DNA of 32,000 bases from Erysipelotrichaceae bacterium (GTDB lineage Bacteria > Bacillota_I > Bacilli_A > Erysipelotrichales > Coprobacillaceae), in NCBI GenBank assembly GCA_028698185.1, contig JAQVDW010000005.1, positions 1 to 32,000 of the forward strand. The letters run 5' to 3'. Below the pieces are notes generated by a model. That model ran no database searches. It had not been told where the DNA came from and worked only from the letters and a program-made list of their open reading frames with translations. Of this stretch, positions 16,806-29,259 are shown in pieces. A program made the translations under genes and the position numbers. Every line of letters begins with the position of its first letter. Position 1 is the first letter of the stretch.

Positions 16806-16829
16806 AACGTGTTAATCACGTTTTTTTTA
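16806..16829 (+). terminator. terminator of the tRNA array
   Basis: AACGTG-TTAAT-CACGTT followed by T8. Confidence 0.85.
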
Positions 16830-16879
16830 TTGTCTTTTTTTACGTTATCTTGTAGTATAGTGGTAAACAGGAGGTTAAT

Positions 16880-17263
16880 ATGTTCAAATATCGCGAAATT
16901 CGGATGTTGCTTGTGACGTCACTGATTTTTATAATGGTAAACGGGTTGGTTGTCTATGCCTTGGTCAATAAAAACAAGATGCAGATTGCCCTGGGTCTGA
17001 TTATGTCTTTCTCTTCGCTGCTGTTGCTGGCGACCCGCTACAAGATGGCGGTTTTCAACGACTCGGTCATGGTCTATGAATTCAAGGGCGTAGCCATTTT
17101 GCCGGTCCTGATCGAGTTTGACAAGATTGAAAGGCTCGAGCTTGTGGGCAAACACCGCTTGAACATCGTCCATGGCACCACCACCAAGGTCTATATTGTC
17201 GATGCGACCAGGTTCATCGATGAGATCGAACTGTCACGCAAGGTCTACAAAGGTCTAAAATAG
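16880..17263 (+). CDS. hypothetical small membrane protein (2 N-terminal TM segments plus soluble C-terminal domain)
   Basis: AGGAGG RBS; hydrophobic MLLVTSLIFIMVNGLVVYALV and IALGLIMSFSSLLLLA; no family recognised. Confidence 0.6.
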   Translation: MFKYREIRMLLVTSLIFIMVNGLVVYALVNKNKMQIALGLIMSFSSLLLLATRYKMAVFNDSVMVYEFKGVAILPVLIEFDKIERLELVGKHRLNIVHGTTTKVYIVDATRFIDEIELSRKVYKGLK

Positions 17264-17374
17264 CCGGCGATAATTAGGCTTAGTCTAAATCGGATAAGAT
17301 TATTTCATTTTTTACAAATAATTCTTTATTTTGTTTTGGGCTTGTGTTAATATATGGAAAACGAGGTGGTCGCT

Positions 17375-17425
17375 ATGAGAAATAATCCAAACTTACAATT
17401 GAATCACCATCACCATTGGATCTAA
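17375..17425 (+). CDS. predicted his operon leader peptide MRNNPNLQLNHHHHWI
   Basis: GAGGTGG RBS at 17363-17369, ATG 17375, four consecutive His codons CAC CAT CAC CAT at 17405-17416, TAA at 17423; lies directly upstream of attenuator hairpins and hisZ. Confidence 0.65.
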   Translation: MRNNPNLQLNHHHHWI

Positions 17426-17427
17426 CT

Positions 17428-17461
17428 GGGCTATTATCTTAAATGATACAGCCCTTTTATT
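17428..17461 (+). terminator. his leader hairpin 1:2 with U-rich tail (first terminator or pause)
   Basis: GGGCT..TATC / GATA.AGCCC followed by TTTTATT. Confidence 0.5.
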
Positions 17462-17486
17462 GGTTGTATCTAATGGCGTTTATCTG

Positions 17487-17516
17487 CGGGTCATTAGAAA
17501 TAATGGCTCGTTTTTT
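17487..17516 (+). terminator. his leader terminator (attenuator)
   Basis: 10 bp stem CGGGTCATTA-GAAA-TAATGGCTCG followed by T6, 5 nt before the hisZ RBS AAGGAGG. Confidence 0.8.
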
Positions 17517-17533
17517 AATATAAGGAGGCAATT

Positions 17534-18502
17534 ATGGAATTTTATAAATATTTGATACCTGAGGAGAGCATCGACGTGCGCATCGACAATGTTGCGACAT
17601 TGCGCAAAATCGAAGGCAAACTCCGGGAAACTTTCACGAAAAACAACTACAACGAAGTGCTGATGCCAAGTTTCGACTATGTGGAACTGTACACCCAGAT
17701 CGGCTGCGACATCCCTTCATCGAACATGTTCCGCTTTGTCGATTCCAAAGGAAAAAATGTGGCGCTGCGTTACGATTTCACAATCCCTTTGGCAAGACTG
17801 TACGCAACCAAATACCACGATACTACGTCACGGTTCTGTTACTTCGGGAAGGTCTACCGCAAGGAAAAGGTGCACAAGGGACGTTCTTCGGAATTGTTCC
17901 AGGCCGGAGTCGAGTTGATCAATGAACCGGGTGTTAGAGGCGAACAGGAAATCCTGGCAATGCTTCAGGAAACAGTGAGCAACATCCCTCTCAATGACAT
18001 TCTGATCGAATTCGGTTCGGCGGCTTTTCTAGACCGGCTATTTGAAATCACCGATGACGATGCTAGGTTGCAGGAAATCCTGAAATACCGCAGTGTATCC
18101 CAGCTTAAGGAGTTCATCAAGGAACACGATTTCGACGAAAAGTTCAGTCGTCTTCTTTTGAAGCTGCCTAGCGCCATAGGCGGGACAAAGATGCTTGATG
18201 AAATCTGCGAACTTGTCGATGACAAGATCCTGCTGGACACCCTGATCGATCTCAAATGCCTGATCATCAACCTGGAAGGGACATACAACTACCAATTCGA
18301 TTTGGGAATGGTTCCTGAAATCGACTACTATACCGGACTTATGATCAAGGGTTACACCAAAAATGCGGCCAAACCGATCATCACCGGGGGACGTTATGAC
18401 AAACTGCTGCCAAAATTCGACGCCGATGTCAGCGCGGTCGGTTTTTGCTGCCACCTGAATTACGTTTTGGAAGCTTTGGCGATGGAGGAAAACAATGATT
18501 AA
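17534..18502 (+). CDS. hisZ: ATP phosphoribosyltransferase regulatory subunit (HisRS paralogue)
   Basis: 322 aa class-II aaRS-like fold with no anticodon-binding domain; directly precedes and overlaps a short-form hisG. Confidence 0.85.
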   Translation: MEFYKYLIPEESIDVRIDNVATLRKIEGKLRETFTKNNYNEVLMPSFDYVELYTQIGCDIPSSNMFRFVDSKGKNVALRYDFTIPLARLYATKYHDTTSRFCYFGKVYRKEKVHKGRSSELFQAGVELINEPGVRGEQEILAMLQETVSNIPLNDILIEFGSAAFLDRLFEITDDDARLQEILKYRSVSQLKEFIKEHDFDEKFSRLLLKLPSAIGGTKMLDEICELVDDKILLDTLIDLKCLIINLEGTYNYQFDLGMVPEIDYYTGLMIKGYTKNAAKPIITGGRYDKLLPKFDADVSAVGFCCHLNYVLEALAMEENND

Positions 18503-19121
18503 GATTGCGATAACCAAGGGCCGGATTGAAAAACAGGTCTGCAAGATGCTTGAAAAGGCAGGCTACGATCTCGAGCCGGTGTACAATAAAAAAAGAGAAC
18601 TGATGATTACTACTGACGACGGGCTGCAGTTCATCTTCGGCAAGGCCAACGACGTCGTGACGTTCCTCGAGCACGGGATTGTCGATATCGGATTTGTGGG
18701 CAAGGATACCCTCGATGACAATGATTTTGACGACTACTACGAGCTGCTTGATTTGCAGATCGGGAAGTGTTTCTTTGCCGTTGCGGCCTATCCCGAGTAT
18801 GCGACGAAAAATTTCAAAAACCGCAAACGGATTGCTTCAAAATACACCAATGTTGCCAAAAAATACTTCGAAAGCAAAAAAGAGGATGTGGAAATCATCA
18901 AGCTTGAAGGTTCGGTCGAGCTAGGTCCGATCGTCAATCTTTCCGATGCCATTGTCGACATCGTCGAAACAGGTTCGACCCTCAAAGCCAACGGGCTTGA
19001 AGTGATCGAGAAAATAAGCGAGATTTCGACCCGGCTGATCGCCAACAAGGTGAATTTCAAATACAACAAGACGGAAATAATCGACCTGGTGAACAGGCTC
19101 GAACAGGTAGTGGAGGAATAG
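18495..19121 (+). CDS. hisG: ATP phosphoribosyltransferase, short form
   Basis: 208 aa; [11 protein letters not shown]-terminus and [14 protein letters not shown] motif. Confidence 0.92.
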   Translation: MIKIAITKGRIEKQVCKMLEKAGYDLEPVYNKKRELMITTDDGLQFIFGKANDVVTFLEHGIVDIGFVGKDTLDDNDFDDYYELLDLQIGKCFFAVAAYPEYATKNFKNRKRIASKYTNVAKKYFESKKEDVEIIKLEGSVELGPIVNLSDAIVDIVETGSTLKANGLEVIEKISEISTRLIANKVNFKYNKTEIIDLVNRLEQVVEE

Positions 19122-19124
19122 GGA

Positions 19125-20420
19125 ATGCTCAAGACGATTAACTATCAAGGCGATCTCGAAACGATCGTTGAAAAACTGAATACCCGCAAAACTTCAATCT
19201 CTAAGGAAGTCAGCGACAAGGTTCTAACTGTCCTGGAGGACATCGCCGCAAACAAAGATGCGGCCGTGATGAAATACTGCGAGATGTTCGACGGTTTCAA
19301 GGTGGCAAAGCCGGATGACCTGATCGCCACCGAGGCGGAAATCGAAGAGGGTTACAGCCAGGTGGATGCGGATTACATCCGCATCCTGCAACGCAGCTAC
19401 GACCAGATCAAGATGTACCATGAAAATCAGATCGACAAATCATGGGCGATGTACAAGGAAGATGGGGTCATCCTCGGCCAGATGATCCGCCCGATTGAAA
19501 GGGTGGCATTGTATGTGCCTGGGGGAACAGCGACATATCCTTCGACCGTTTTGATGAACGCCGTACCGGCGATTCTTGCGGGAGTCAAGGAAATCGTGAT
19601 CATCACCCCAGTCAAGAGCGATGGCAAAGTCAATCCGGTCATCATGGCGGCTGCAAAGGTATGCGGAATCAAGACAATCTACAAAGTCGGCGGGGCCCAA
19701 GGGGTCGGTGCGGTTGCCTACGGTACCCAAACCATCAAAAAAGTCGACAAGATTGTCGGACCGGGAAATATCTTCGTTGCCACTGCCAAAAAACTTGTAT
19801 ATGGAACGGTTGACATCGACATGGTTGCCGGTCCTAGTGAGATCCTGATCATCGCCGACGAAAATGCCAATCCAAAATATATCGCGGCTGATCTGATGTC
19901 CCAAAGCGAACATGACAGACTTGCCAGCGCGATCCTGGTCACTCCCGAAGCGAGCCTGATCGAAAAGGTCAACGCCGAGCTGGACCGCCAGATCCAATAT
20001 CTGTCACGTCCGGAAATCATCAAGGAATCATTGGAAAACTACGGCGGGGCGATTGTTGTTTCATCGTTGGATGAAGCCTTCACTGTCTCGAACTATCTGG
20101 CACCGGAACATTTGGAAGTGCTGGTGGGCGATCCGCTCAACACCCTGCCAAAAATCCAGAATGCCGGATCGATCTTCCTGGGTGAATACACGCCCGAACC
20201 TCTAGGCGACTACATGTCGGGAACCAATCACGTGCTGCCAACCGGTGGAACTGCGAAATTCTACAGCCCGCTTGGCGTATACGACTATGTAAAAGCATCG
20301 GCTTATTCATACTATCCAAAAGCGGCTCTTGCCACATTCAAGGATGACGTCGAAAAATTTGCCAAATCCGAAGGGCTTGATGCCCATGCCAATTCAATCA
20401 CTGTAAGATTCGAGGACTGA
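19125..20420 (+). CDS. hisD: histidinol dehydrogenase
   Basis: 431 aa; AGPSE, SQSEHD and NHVLPTGGTA motifs. Confidence 0.95.
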   Translation: MLKTINYQGDLETIVEKLNTRKTSISKEVSDKVLTVLEDIAANKDAAVMKYCEMFDGFKVAKPDDLIATEAEIEEGYSQVDADYIRILQRSYDQIKMYHENQIDKSWAMYKEDGVILGQMIRPIERVALYVPGGTATYPSTVLMNAVPAILAGVKEIVIITPVKSDGKVNPVIMAAAKVCGIKTIYKVGGAQGVGAVAYGTQTIKKVDKIVGPGNIFVATAKKLVYGTVDIDMVAGPSEILIIADENANPKYIAADLMSQSEHDRLASAILVTPEASLIEKVNAELDRQIQYLSRPEIIKESLENYGGAIVVSSLDEAFTVSNYLAPEHLEVLVGDPLNTLPKIQNAGSIFLGEYTPEPLGDYMSGTNHVLPTGGTAKFYSPLGVYDYVKASAYSYYPKAALATFKDDVEKFAKSEGLDAHANSITVRFED

Positions 20421-20424
20421 TACC

Positions 20425-21012
20425 ATGCGCCAGGGAAAAATTAACCGTGAGACTTTAGAAACTAAACTGAATATCGCCATTGACCTTGATGGTCAGGGAA
20501 AAACGAAGATCGATACCAAAATCGGATTTTTCGACCACATGCTTACCCTTTTTGGATTCCATGGCGGGTTCGATCTTGAGGTTTTCTGCGATGGAGACAT
20601 CGAGGTCGACAGCCACCACTCAATCGAGGATGTGGGTATAGCGCTCGGGCTGGCTTTCAAGGAAGCCTTGGGCGACAAATTGGGCATCAACCGTTATGGC
20701 AGCTTCCGCCTGGTCATGGATGAGGCGCTGGTATGTGTCGATCTCGACATTTCCAACCGCCCTTACCTCGTGTTCAATGGCGAGATTCCCAAGGTGGTTT
20801 TGGGCAATTTCGATTGCGAGATGACCGAGGAGTTCCTGCGGGCTTTCGCCTTCAATGCGGGAATAACCCTGCATGTCAACGTCATGTACGGCAAGAATGT
20901 GCACCATATCATCGAGGCCATCTTCAAGGCCTTGGCTAGGGCGTTGCAACTTGCAACGGCCATCGATCCAAGCAAGGTCGACAAGGTGAGTTCCACCAAA
21001 GGAATGTTATAA
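20425..21012 (+). CDS. hisB: imidazoleglycerol-phosphate dehydratase (monofunctional)
   Basis: 195 aa; FFDHML, HHSIED and HHIIEA metal-binding motifs. Confidence 0.95.
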   Translation: MRQGKINRETLETKLNIAIDLDGQGKTKIDTKIGFFDHMLTLFGFHGGFDLEVFCDGDIEVDSHHSIEDVGIALGLAFKEALGDKLGINRYGSFRLVMDEALVCVDLDISNRPYLVFNGEIPKVVLGNFDCEMTEEFLRAFAFNAGITLHVNVMYGKNVHHIIEAIFKALARALQLATAIDPSKVDKVSSTKGML

Positions 21013-21023
21013 GGAGGACAATT

Positions 21024-21632
21024 ATGGTTGTTATAATAGATTATAATGTCGGCAATCTTTCAAGCGTTGCCGGAGCCTTGAAACGGGTCGGAATCGATGC
21101 GATCGTGACCCGCGACAAGGAAACTATCGAACAGGCCCAGGCGATAATTTTGCCGGGGGTCGGTTCGTTCCCGGTGGCTATGGCCAACCTTGAAAAATAT
21201 GGTCTGATCGAAACTCTGACCAGCTGCAAGGAAAAAGGAACAATCATCATGGGCATCTGCCTGGGGATGCAGGTCCTTTTCGAGATGGGATACGAAGTCA
21301 GACCGACCAAGGGGCTAGGATTCATCCCGGGAAAAGTCGAATATATGGATATCGATGAGAAAATCCCGCACATGGGATGGAATGAGCTTTACTTCAACCA
21401 AATCCATCCGATCCTGAAATATATCGAAGAAAATGAGGATGTATACTACGTCCATTCATACCAGGCGGTTACCGATGATGAAAACATCATCGCCTACAGC
21501 ATGTATGGAACGGCTAAGATTCCCGGCATTGTCGGCAAGGACAATGTCATCGGATGCCAGTTCCACCCGGAAAAAAGCGGGGCCGTGGGCGAAAACATTT
21601 TAAAGGCATTTAAGGAGATGATCGAATGTTAG
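21024..21632 (+). CDS. hisH: imidazole glycerol phosphate synthase, glutaminase subunit
   Basis: GICLGMQ nucleophile elbow, QFHPEKS. Confidence 0.95.
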   Translation: MVVIIDYNVGNLSSVAGALKRVGIDAIVTRDKETIEQAQAIILPGVGSFPVAMANLEKYGLIETLTSCKEKGTIIMGICLGMQVLFEMGYEVRPTKGLGFIPGKVEYMDIDEKIPHMGWNELYFNQIHPILKYIEENEDVYYVHSYQAVTDDENIIAYSMYGTAKIPGIVGKDNVIGCQFHPEKSGAVGENILKAFKEMIEC

Positions 21633-22351
21633 TGATACCAGCGATAGATTTGAAAGACGGACAGGCAATCCGCCTGTACAAAGGTGATTACAACCAGAAG
21701 ACGGTATATTCATCTAATCCCGAAGAAATTGCGGCCAAATTCAGCGAAATGGGAGCCGACTATCTCCATGTGGTTGATCTTGACGGAGCCAAGGACGGTT
21801 TTGGCATCAATACCGAAGTGATCAGAAAGATCAAGGAAAACACCGACCTGCCAATTGAACTAGGAGGCGGAATCCGCAACCTGGAGACGGTGAAGATGTA
21901 TCTTGATGATGTCAAGGTCGACCGGGTCATCCTCGGAACCGCAGCCCTCAAAGACCGTGCCTTTTTGAAGGCGGCAATCGAACAATACGGACCGGAAAAG
22001 ATTGTGGTCGGGGTCGATGTGAAAAACGGCTATGTCTCAACCCAGGGATGGCTCGACACATCCGACGTCCATTTCCTGGATTTCATCAAGGAACTCGATG
22101 AGCTTGGGGTGAAGTACATTGTCGCGACGGACATTTCCAAAGATGGAACCCTTCAGGGACCAAACTTTGAGATGTACCAGCAGATCAGGGACAATTCGCC
22201 AATCAATTTCGTGGTCAGCGGCGGGATTTCTTCCAACGAGGACATCCTGAAAGTTGCCAGCCACGATTATTACGGTTGCATCATCGGAAAGGCCTACTAT
22301 GAAGGCAAAGTCGATATCAAAGAGGTGGTAGCATGCTTAAAAAAAGGATAA
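21626..22351 (+). CDS. hisA: ProFAR isomerase
   Basis: [10 protein letters not shown]-terminus, (beta/alpha)8 HisA pattern, GGGIR. Confidence 0.93.
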   Translation: MLVIPAIDLKDGQAIRLYKGDYNQKTVYSSNPEEIAAKFSEMGADYLHVVDLDGAKDGFGINTEVIRKIKENTDLPIELGGGIRNLETVKMYLDDVKVDRVILGTAALKDRAFLKAAIEQYGPEKIVVGVDVKNGYVSTQGWLDTSDVHFLDFIKELDELGVKYIVATDISKDGTLQGPNFEMYQQIRDNSPINFVVSGGISSNEDILKVASHDYYGCIIGKAYYEGKVDIKEVVACLKKG

Positions 22352-23094
22352 TCCCATGTCTTGATATCAAGGACGGTAAGGTTGTAAAAGGTGTCAACTT
22401 CGTCGGACTCAAGGAAGTCGGAGACCCGGTTGAACTAGCCAAACGCTATGACCTTCAATGTGCCGATGAGGTCGTGTTTCTCGATATCACCGCATCCTAT
22501 GAGGATCGTGGCATCATCCGGGATCTGATTGCCAAGGCTGCCAGCGAACTGTCAATCCCGTTGGCAGTCGGCGGCGGAATCCGCACGATCGACGATTTCC
22601 GGATGATCCTGGCGTCGGGAGCCGACAAGGTTTCAGTCAACTCGGCGGCAATCGCCAATCCCGATCTGATCAAACAGGCCAGCGATGAATTCGGTGTCCA
22701 ATGCGTGGTCATCGCCATCGATGCCAAAAAGAACGACCAGGGCCGCTATGATGTCTATGTCAAGGGTGGCCGGGAAAACACCGGACTTGACCTGGTCGAG
22801 TGGGTGAAAAAATGCGAGAGCCTTGGGGCGGGTGAAGTCCTGTTGACATCGATGGATGCCGACGGAACACGAGCAGGATTCGATATCGACATGCTCAACG
22901 CAGTATGCGAGGTTGTCAACATCCCGGTTATCGCTTCAGGAGGCTGTGGCAGCGTCCAGGACATTGTCGATGTGTTCGAGAAGACCAATGTCGATGCGGC
23001 CCTGGTCGCTTCCCTGTTCCATTTCAATGAAGCGACAGTCGAGGATGTCCGAAATGAACTTACCAAAAACAATATTCACGTAAGGAGGGTCTAA
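22333..23094 (+). CDS. hisF: imidazole glycerol phosphate synthase, cyclase subunit
   Basis: [27 protein letters not shown] motifs. Confidence 0.95.
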   Translation: MLKKRIIPCLDIKDGKVVKGVNFVGLKEVGDPVELAKRYDLQCADEVVFLDITASYEDRGIIRDLIAKAASELSIPLAVGGGIRTIDDFRMILASGADKVSVNSAAIANPDLIKQASDEFGVQCVVIAIDAKKNDQGRYDVYVKGGRENTGLDLVEWVKKCESLGAGEVLLTSMDADGTRAGFDIDMLNAVCEVVNIPVIASGGCGSVQDIVDVFEKTNVDAALVASLFHFNEATVEDVRNELTKNNIHVRRV

Positions 23095-23095
23095 G

Positions 23096-23737
23096 ATGCG
23101 CCCAGATTTTACCAAGATGGATCTGATCCCGGCAATTGTCCAGGATTATAAAACCAAACAAGTACTGATGCTTGCCTATGTCAATGAGGAAGCATACGAT
23201 AAGATGCTCGAGCTAAACGAGACTGTTTTCTATTCAAGAAGCCGCAACAATCTTTGGCACAAAGGCGAAGAAAGCGGCCATTTCCAGAAAATCAAAGGGA
23301 TGTATCTTGACTGCGACTCAGACACCCTGTTGATTTTTGTCGACCAGATCGGAGGAAGCGCCTGCCATACGGGAGCATATTCATGCTTCTTCAATGAAGT
23401 ACAAGCCTTCGATGATACGAACATCTTCGTCGAGCTCGAAAAATCAATCAGCGACCGGGCAATCAATCCGGTGGAAAAATCTTACACCAACTACCTGCTA
23501 AACGAAGGGGTTGACAAGATCGCCAAAAAAGTCGGAGAGGAAGCGGCGGAAACAATCATTGCGGCCAAAAACTCCGACAAGTCTGAGCTTATCGGGGAGA
23601 TCGGGGATCTGATCTACCATGTTTTCGTCCTGATGCAAAATCAGGGAATCACCTTGAAGGAAGTCGAGAACAAGCTCAAGGAACGTCACAAGATCACCGG
23701 CAACAAGAAGCAGTTCAACACACGGGGCGACTACTAA
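23096..23737 (+). CDS. hisIE: bifunctional phosphoribosyl-AMP cyclohydrolase / phosphoribosyl-ATP pyrophosphatase
   Basis: HisI N-terminal half (LIPAIVQD, CHTG) fused to a HisE C-terminal half (EEAAETIIA, DLIYH). Confidence 0.93.
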   Translation: MRPDFTKMDLIPAIVQDYKTKQVLMLAYVNEEAYDKMLELNETVFYSRSRNNLWHKGEESGHFQKIKGMYLDCDSDTLLIFVDQIGGSACHTGAYSCFFNEVQAFDDTNIFVELEKSISDRAINPVEKSYTNYLLNEGVDKIAKKVGEEAAETIIAAKNSDKSELIGEIGDLIYHVFVLMQNQGITLKEVENKLKERHKITGNKKQFNTRGDY

Positions 23738-23738
23738 G

Positions 23739-24494
23739 ATGTATGTCGACTGCCATGTCCACACCCATCACTCGTTCGATTCTTCCCAGGCTCCCGAGCC
23801 CTACATCATCAAGGCGATCGAGATGGGAATGGACGAGATTTGTTTCACGGACCACCACGATTTCAATTATCCAGTCGACAATTTCGAACTCAACGTCGTT
23901 GACTACTTCTTGGAACTAAAGGAGCTTCAAAAGAACTACCAGGACAAGATCAAGATCAAAGTCGGAGTCGAAATCGGCCTTGATCTCGATTATGTCGATG
24001 AAATCAACCAGTTCATCAAGTCGAGTCCGTTCGAATTTGTGATCGGATCAATCCATGTCATCGACCATACCGAATTCTACTATGGTGAGTTTTTCAAGGG
24101 CCTGACCAAGGACGAGGCCCATCACAAATATTTCACGGCCGTTTTGGAATGTGTCAAGAAGTTCGACTGTTTCGACGTTCTCGGGCACCTTGACTACATT
24201 TCCCGTTATGGACCATACCAAGACAAGAGTATCGATTACGCCAAGCACCAGGAGGTGATCGAACAGATTTTCACGGCCCTGATCCACAAGAACAAGGGCA
24301 TCGAGCTCAATACCTCGGGTTATCGCACCTGCAACCATCCTTTTCCGGATTTCGATCTCGCGCAACGTTTTTACGATATGGGCGGACGGGTTGTCACTGT
24401 CGGCTCGGATTCCCATTCGACCGCGACCCTGGGGGCCAATAACCGGGAAGTGATCGACAGGCTCGAAAAAATAGGTTTTTCAATCCGGCAATAA
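23739..24494 (+). CDS. hisK: histidinol-phosphatase, PHP family (HisJ/HisK type)
   Basis: DCHVHTHHSFD PHP metal motif; last gene of the his operon. Confidence 0.85.
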   Translation: MYVDCHVHTHHSFDSSQAPEPYIIKAIEMGMDEICFTDHHDFNYPVDNFELNVVDYFLELKELQKNYQDKIKIKVGVEIGLDLDYVDEINQFIKSSPFEFVIGSIHVIDHTEFYYGEFFKGLTKDEAHHKYFTAVLECVKKFDCFDVLGHLDYISRYGPYQDKSIDYAKHQEVIEQIFTALIHKNKGIELNTSGYRTCNHPFPDFDLAQRFYDMGGRVVTVGSDSHSTATLGANNREVIDRLEKIGFSIRQ

Positions 24495-24535
24495 GCTGGA
24501 TTTTTTCTTATTGGTGGTTAACACTGAATCAAATA

Positions 24536-24544
24536 TGTTATAAT
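24536..24544 (+). promoter_or_regulatory. extended -10 element
   Basis: TGTTATAAT, 21 nt before the ATG 24566 that follows the AAGGAGG RBS. Confidence 0.5.
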
Positions 24545-24565
24545 GGATTCAAGGAGGATGTTTTT

Positions 24566-24913
24566 ATGGAACTATTCAACAAGGAAACATTGGAATTGCT
24601 TATAAAAAATATGGATGACAACAGCTACTATCTGCCGCGGCGTTTGTTTGCGACAAATTATTTTGCGAACGTCCGCCTGGAAACGAAGCTGGCCTATGCG
24701 GCCATTGCCGAAACGCTGATGCAAAGCCCTCACTATGACAAGAACGGTGTGGCCTACGTCAAGATCGACAATCCCGAAATCATTCACAACCTGAAGAAGA
24801 TTGCGAACAAGGATGTCGACAAGCAAAAAATCAACACTTACTTCGATGAATTGAAAGAAGCCGGTCTGATTGAAGTGGAAGGGATGAATATCAAGGTCCT
24901 CAATGTTGATTAA
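24566..24913 (+). CDS. small RepA_N-like (replication initiator A N-terminal / winged-helix) domain protein
   Basis: 115 aa; YYLPRRLF...LETKLAYAAI...VAYVKI...YFDELKEAGLIEV matches my recollection of the RepA_N domain pattern. Confidence 0.6.
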   Translation: MELFNKETLELLIKNMDDNSYYLPRRLFATNYFANVRLETKLAYAAIAETLMQSPHYDKNGVAYVKIDNPEIIHNLKKIANKDVDKQKINTYFDELKEAGLIEVEGMNIKVLNVD

Positions 24914-26072
24914 TTTTCTGATCAGGAGCTTCATCAATGATCATGAACATCTCGAAGATGAGCAGGTCCGGGGCAATTACGGTATTTTTGCCTCGGTTCT
25001 TTCTATCATCCTCAATGTGGTGTTGGTGATTTTCAAGATTTTGGTCGGTCTGGCCGCGAACTCGATTGCGGTCATCGCCGACGGTATCAACAATATGACT
25101 GATGTGGTTTCCAATCTGGCGACCCTGGTAGGCTTCAGGCTGGCTTTGCAGCTGCCAGACGAAAAACATCCTTATGGTCATGGCCGCTTCGAATACATCA
25201 GCGGCATCATTATTTCCTTTTTCATCCTGGTCGTGGCATTCGTCACGGTCCGCGATTCGGTTGTCAAGATTGTGACAAACGAACCGGTATTCTTTGATAC
25301 GGTCGGGGCGATTGTCCTGATCGGAGCTATCTTTGTCAAATTCTTCATGGCTTACTTCAACCGCGATATCGGCGCCAAGATCGGGTCGACATCGTTGCTG
25401 GCCGCAGCCCAGGATAGCCTAAATGATGTCCTGGCGACAACAGCTACGCTTATCGCCCTGGTTTTGTCGCGGTTCACCACGCTGCCAGTCGATGGCATCA
25501 TGGGGACGGTAGTCGGTATTATAGTTTTCCGTTCGGGAATCGAGATATTCAAGGACACGGTCAATCCGCTGCTCGGCCTAGCGCCTTCACCGGATCTCGT
25601 CAAGGAAATCGTCCGATATGTCAACAGCCATGAAGTGACCAAGGGAACCCATGACATCATGATTCATGACTATGGTCCATCAAGGAAGTTCATGACGCTG
25701 CACGTGGAAGTCGATGCCCGTGACGACATTATGGCCGTCCATGACGCGATCGACAATCTCGAAAGCGACCTTGAAAAAAAATTCAAGATCAAGACGGTCA
25801 TCCATATGGATCCGATAGACTACAACAACCCCGAGCTGGATCCGGTCCGAAAACAGGTGGTGGACGTCATCAAGATGTATGATGATGGCTACTCGATCCA
25901 TGATTTCAGGATGGTGGACGGTCCGACTCACACCAATCTGATTTTCGACCTGGTTGTTCCGTTCGAACAGGACAAAAACAGGGAGACCATCAAGGAGGAA
26001 CTGACCGATCTGATTGAAATCGCCAATCCCAAATACCGGGTGAAGATGACAGTCGAACATAAATATTACTGA
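24903..26072 (+). CDS. cation diffusion facilitator (CDF) family transporter
   Basis: 389 aa; six TM segments, ANSIAVIADGINNMTDV (TM2 metal site), HPYGHGRFE, C-terminal cytoplasmic domain; overlaps the previous gene by 11 nt. Confidence 0.9.
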   Translation: MLINFLIRSFINDHEHLEDEQVRGNYGIFASVLSIILNVVLVIFKILVGLAANSIAVIADGINNMTDVVSNLATLVGFRLALQLPDEKHPYGHGRFEYISGIIISFFILVVAFVTVRDSVVKIVTNEPVFFDTVGAIVLIGAIFVKFFMAYFNRDIGAKIGSTSLLAAAQDSLNDVLATTATLIALVLSRFTTLPVDGIMGTVVGIIVFRSGIEIFKDTVNPLLGLAPSPDLVKEIVRYVNSHEVTKGTHDIMIHDYGPSRKFMTLHVEVDARDDIMAVHDAIDNLESDLEKKFKIKTVIHMDPIDYNNPELDPVRKQVVDVIKMYDDGYSIHDFRMVDGPTHTNLIFDLVVPFEQDKNRETIKEELTDLIEIANPKYRVKMTVEHKYY

Positions 26073-26094
26073 CAGGCTTTTTTGCTGTCTTACA

Positions 26095-26137
26095 AATCCG
26101 CAGTTTCCATTTCTTTGGGAATTGCGGATTCTTTTTT
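26095..26137 (+). terminator. terminator after the CDF gene
   Basis: AATCCGCA ... TGCGGATT followed by CTTTTTT. Confidence 0.7.
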
Positions 26138-26284
26138 GATTTGGCAATGGGATTTGCGCCTGTAAATGATTGTGGCTTTTGAACCCGGTTAAAATGATGG
26201 CTCATTCCAAGGTTTTCTGATTTAGAAACTGTTTTTAAATATTGGAAAAAGTCCGGACTTGCATCCGTTTCATGATATATTTGA

Positions 26285-27688
<1,404 letters not shown>

Positions 27689-27700
27689 AAAGGAAATTAG

Positions 27701-29148
<1,448 letters not shown>

Positions 29149-29149
<1 letters not shown>

Positions 29150-29172
29150 ACGAACCCTCGCGGTTCGTTTTA
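29149..29172 (+). terminator. weak terminator after the second GH1 gene
   Basis: AACGAACC-CTCGC-GGTTCGTT followed by TTAC TTT. Confidence 0.45.
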
Positions 29173-29259
29173 CTTTCATCTTTTAGAATATTGAAAAAAT
29201 GCTGAATAAATACACATTTGATGATATATTTATAGTAATGTGACAAAAAGGAGAAATTT

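Noticed and set aside
17363-17373. GAGGTGGTCGC, which resembles the T-box core GGGTGGTACCGCG
   Set aside because: It lies only about 10 nt downstream of the -10 element, so there is no room for stem I or a specifier loop upstream. It is spaced 5 nt from an ATG, so I interpret it as the Shine-Dalgarno sequence of the leader peptide.
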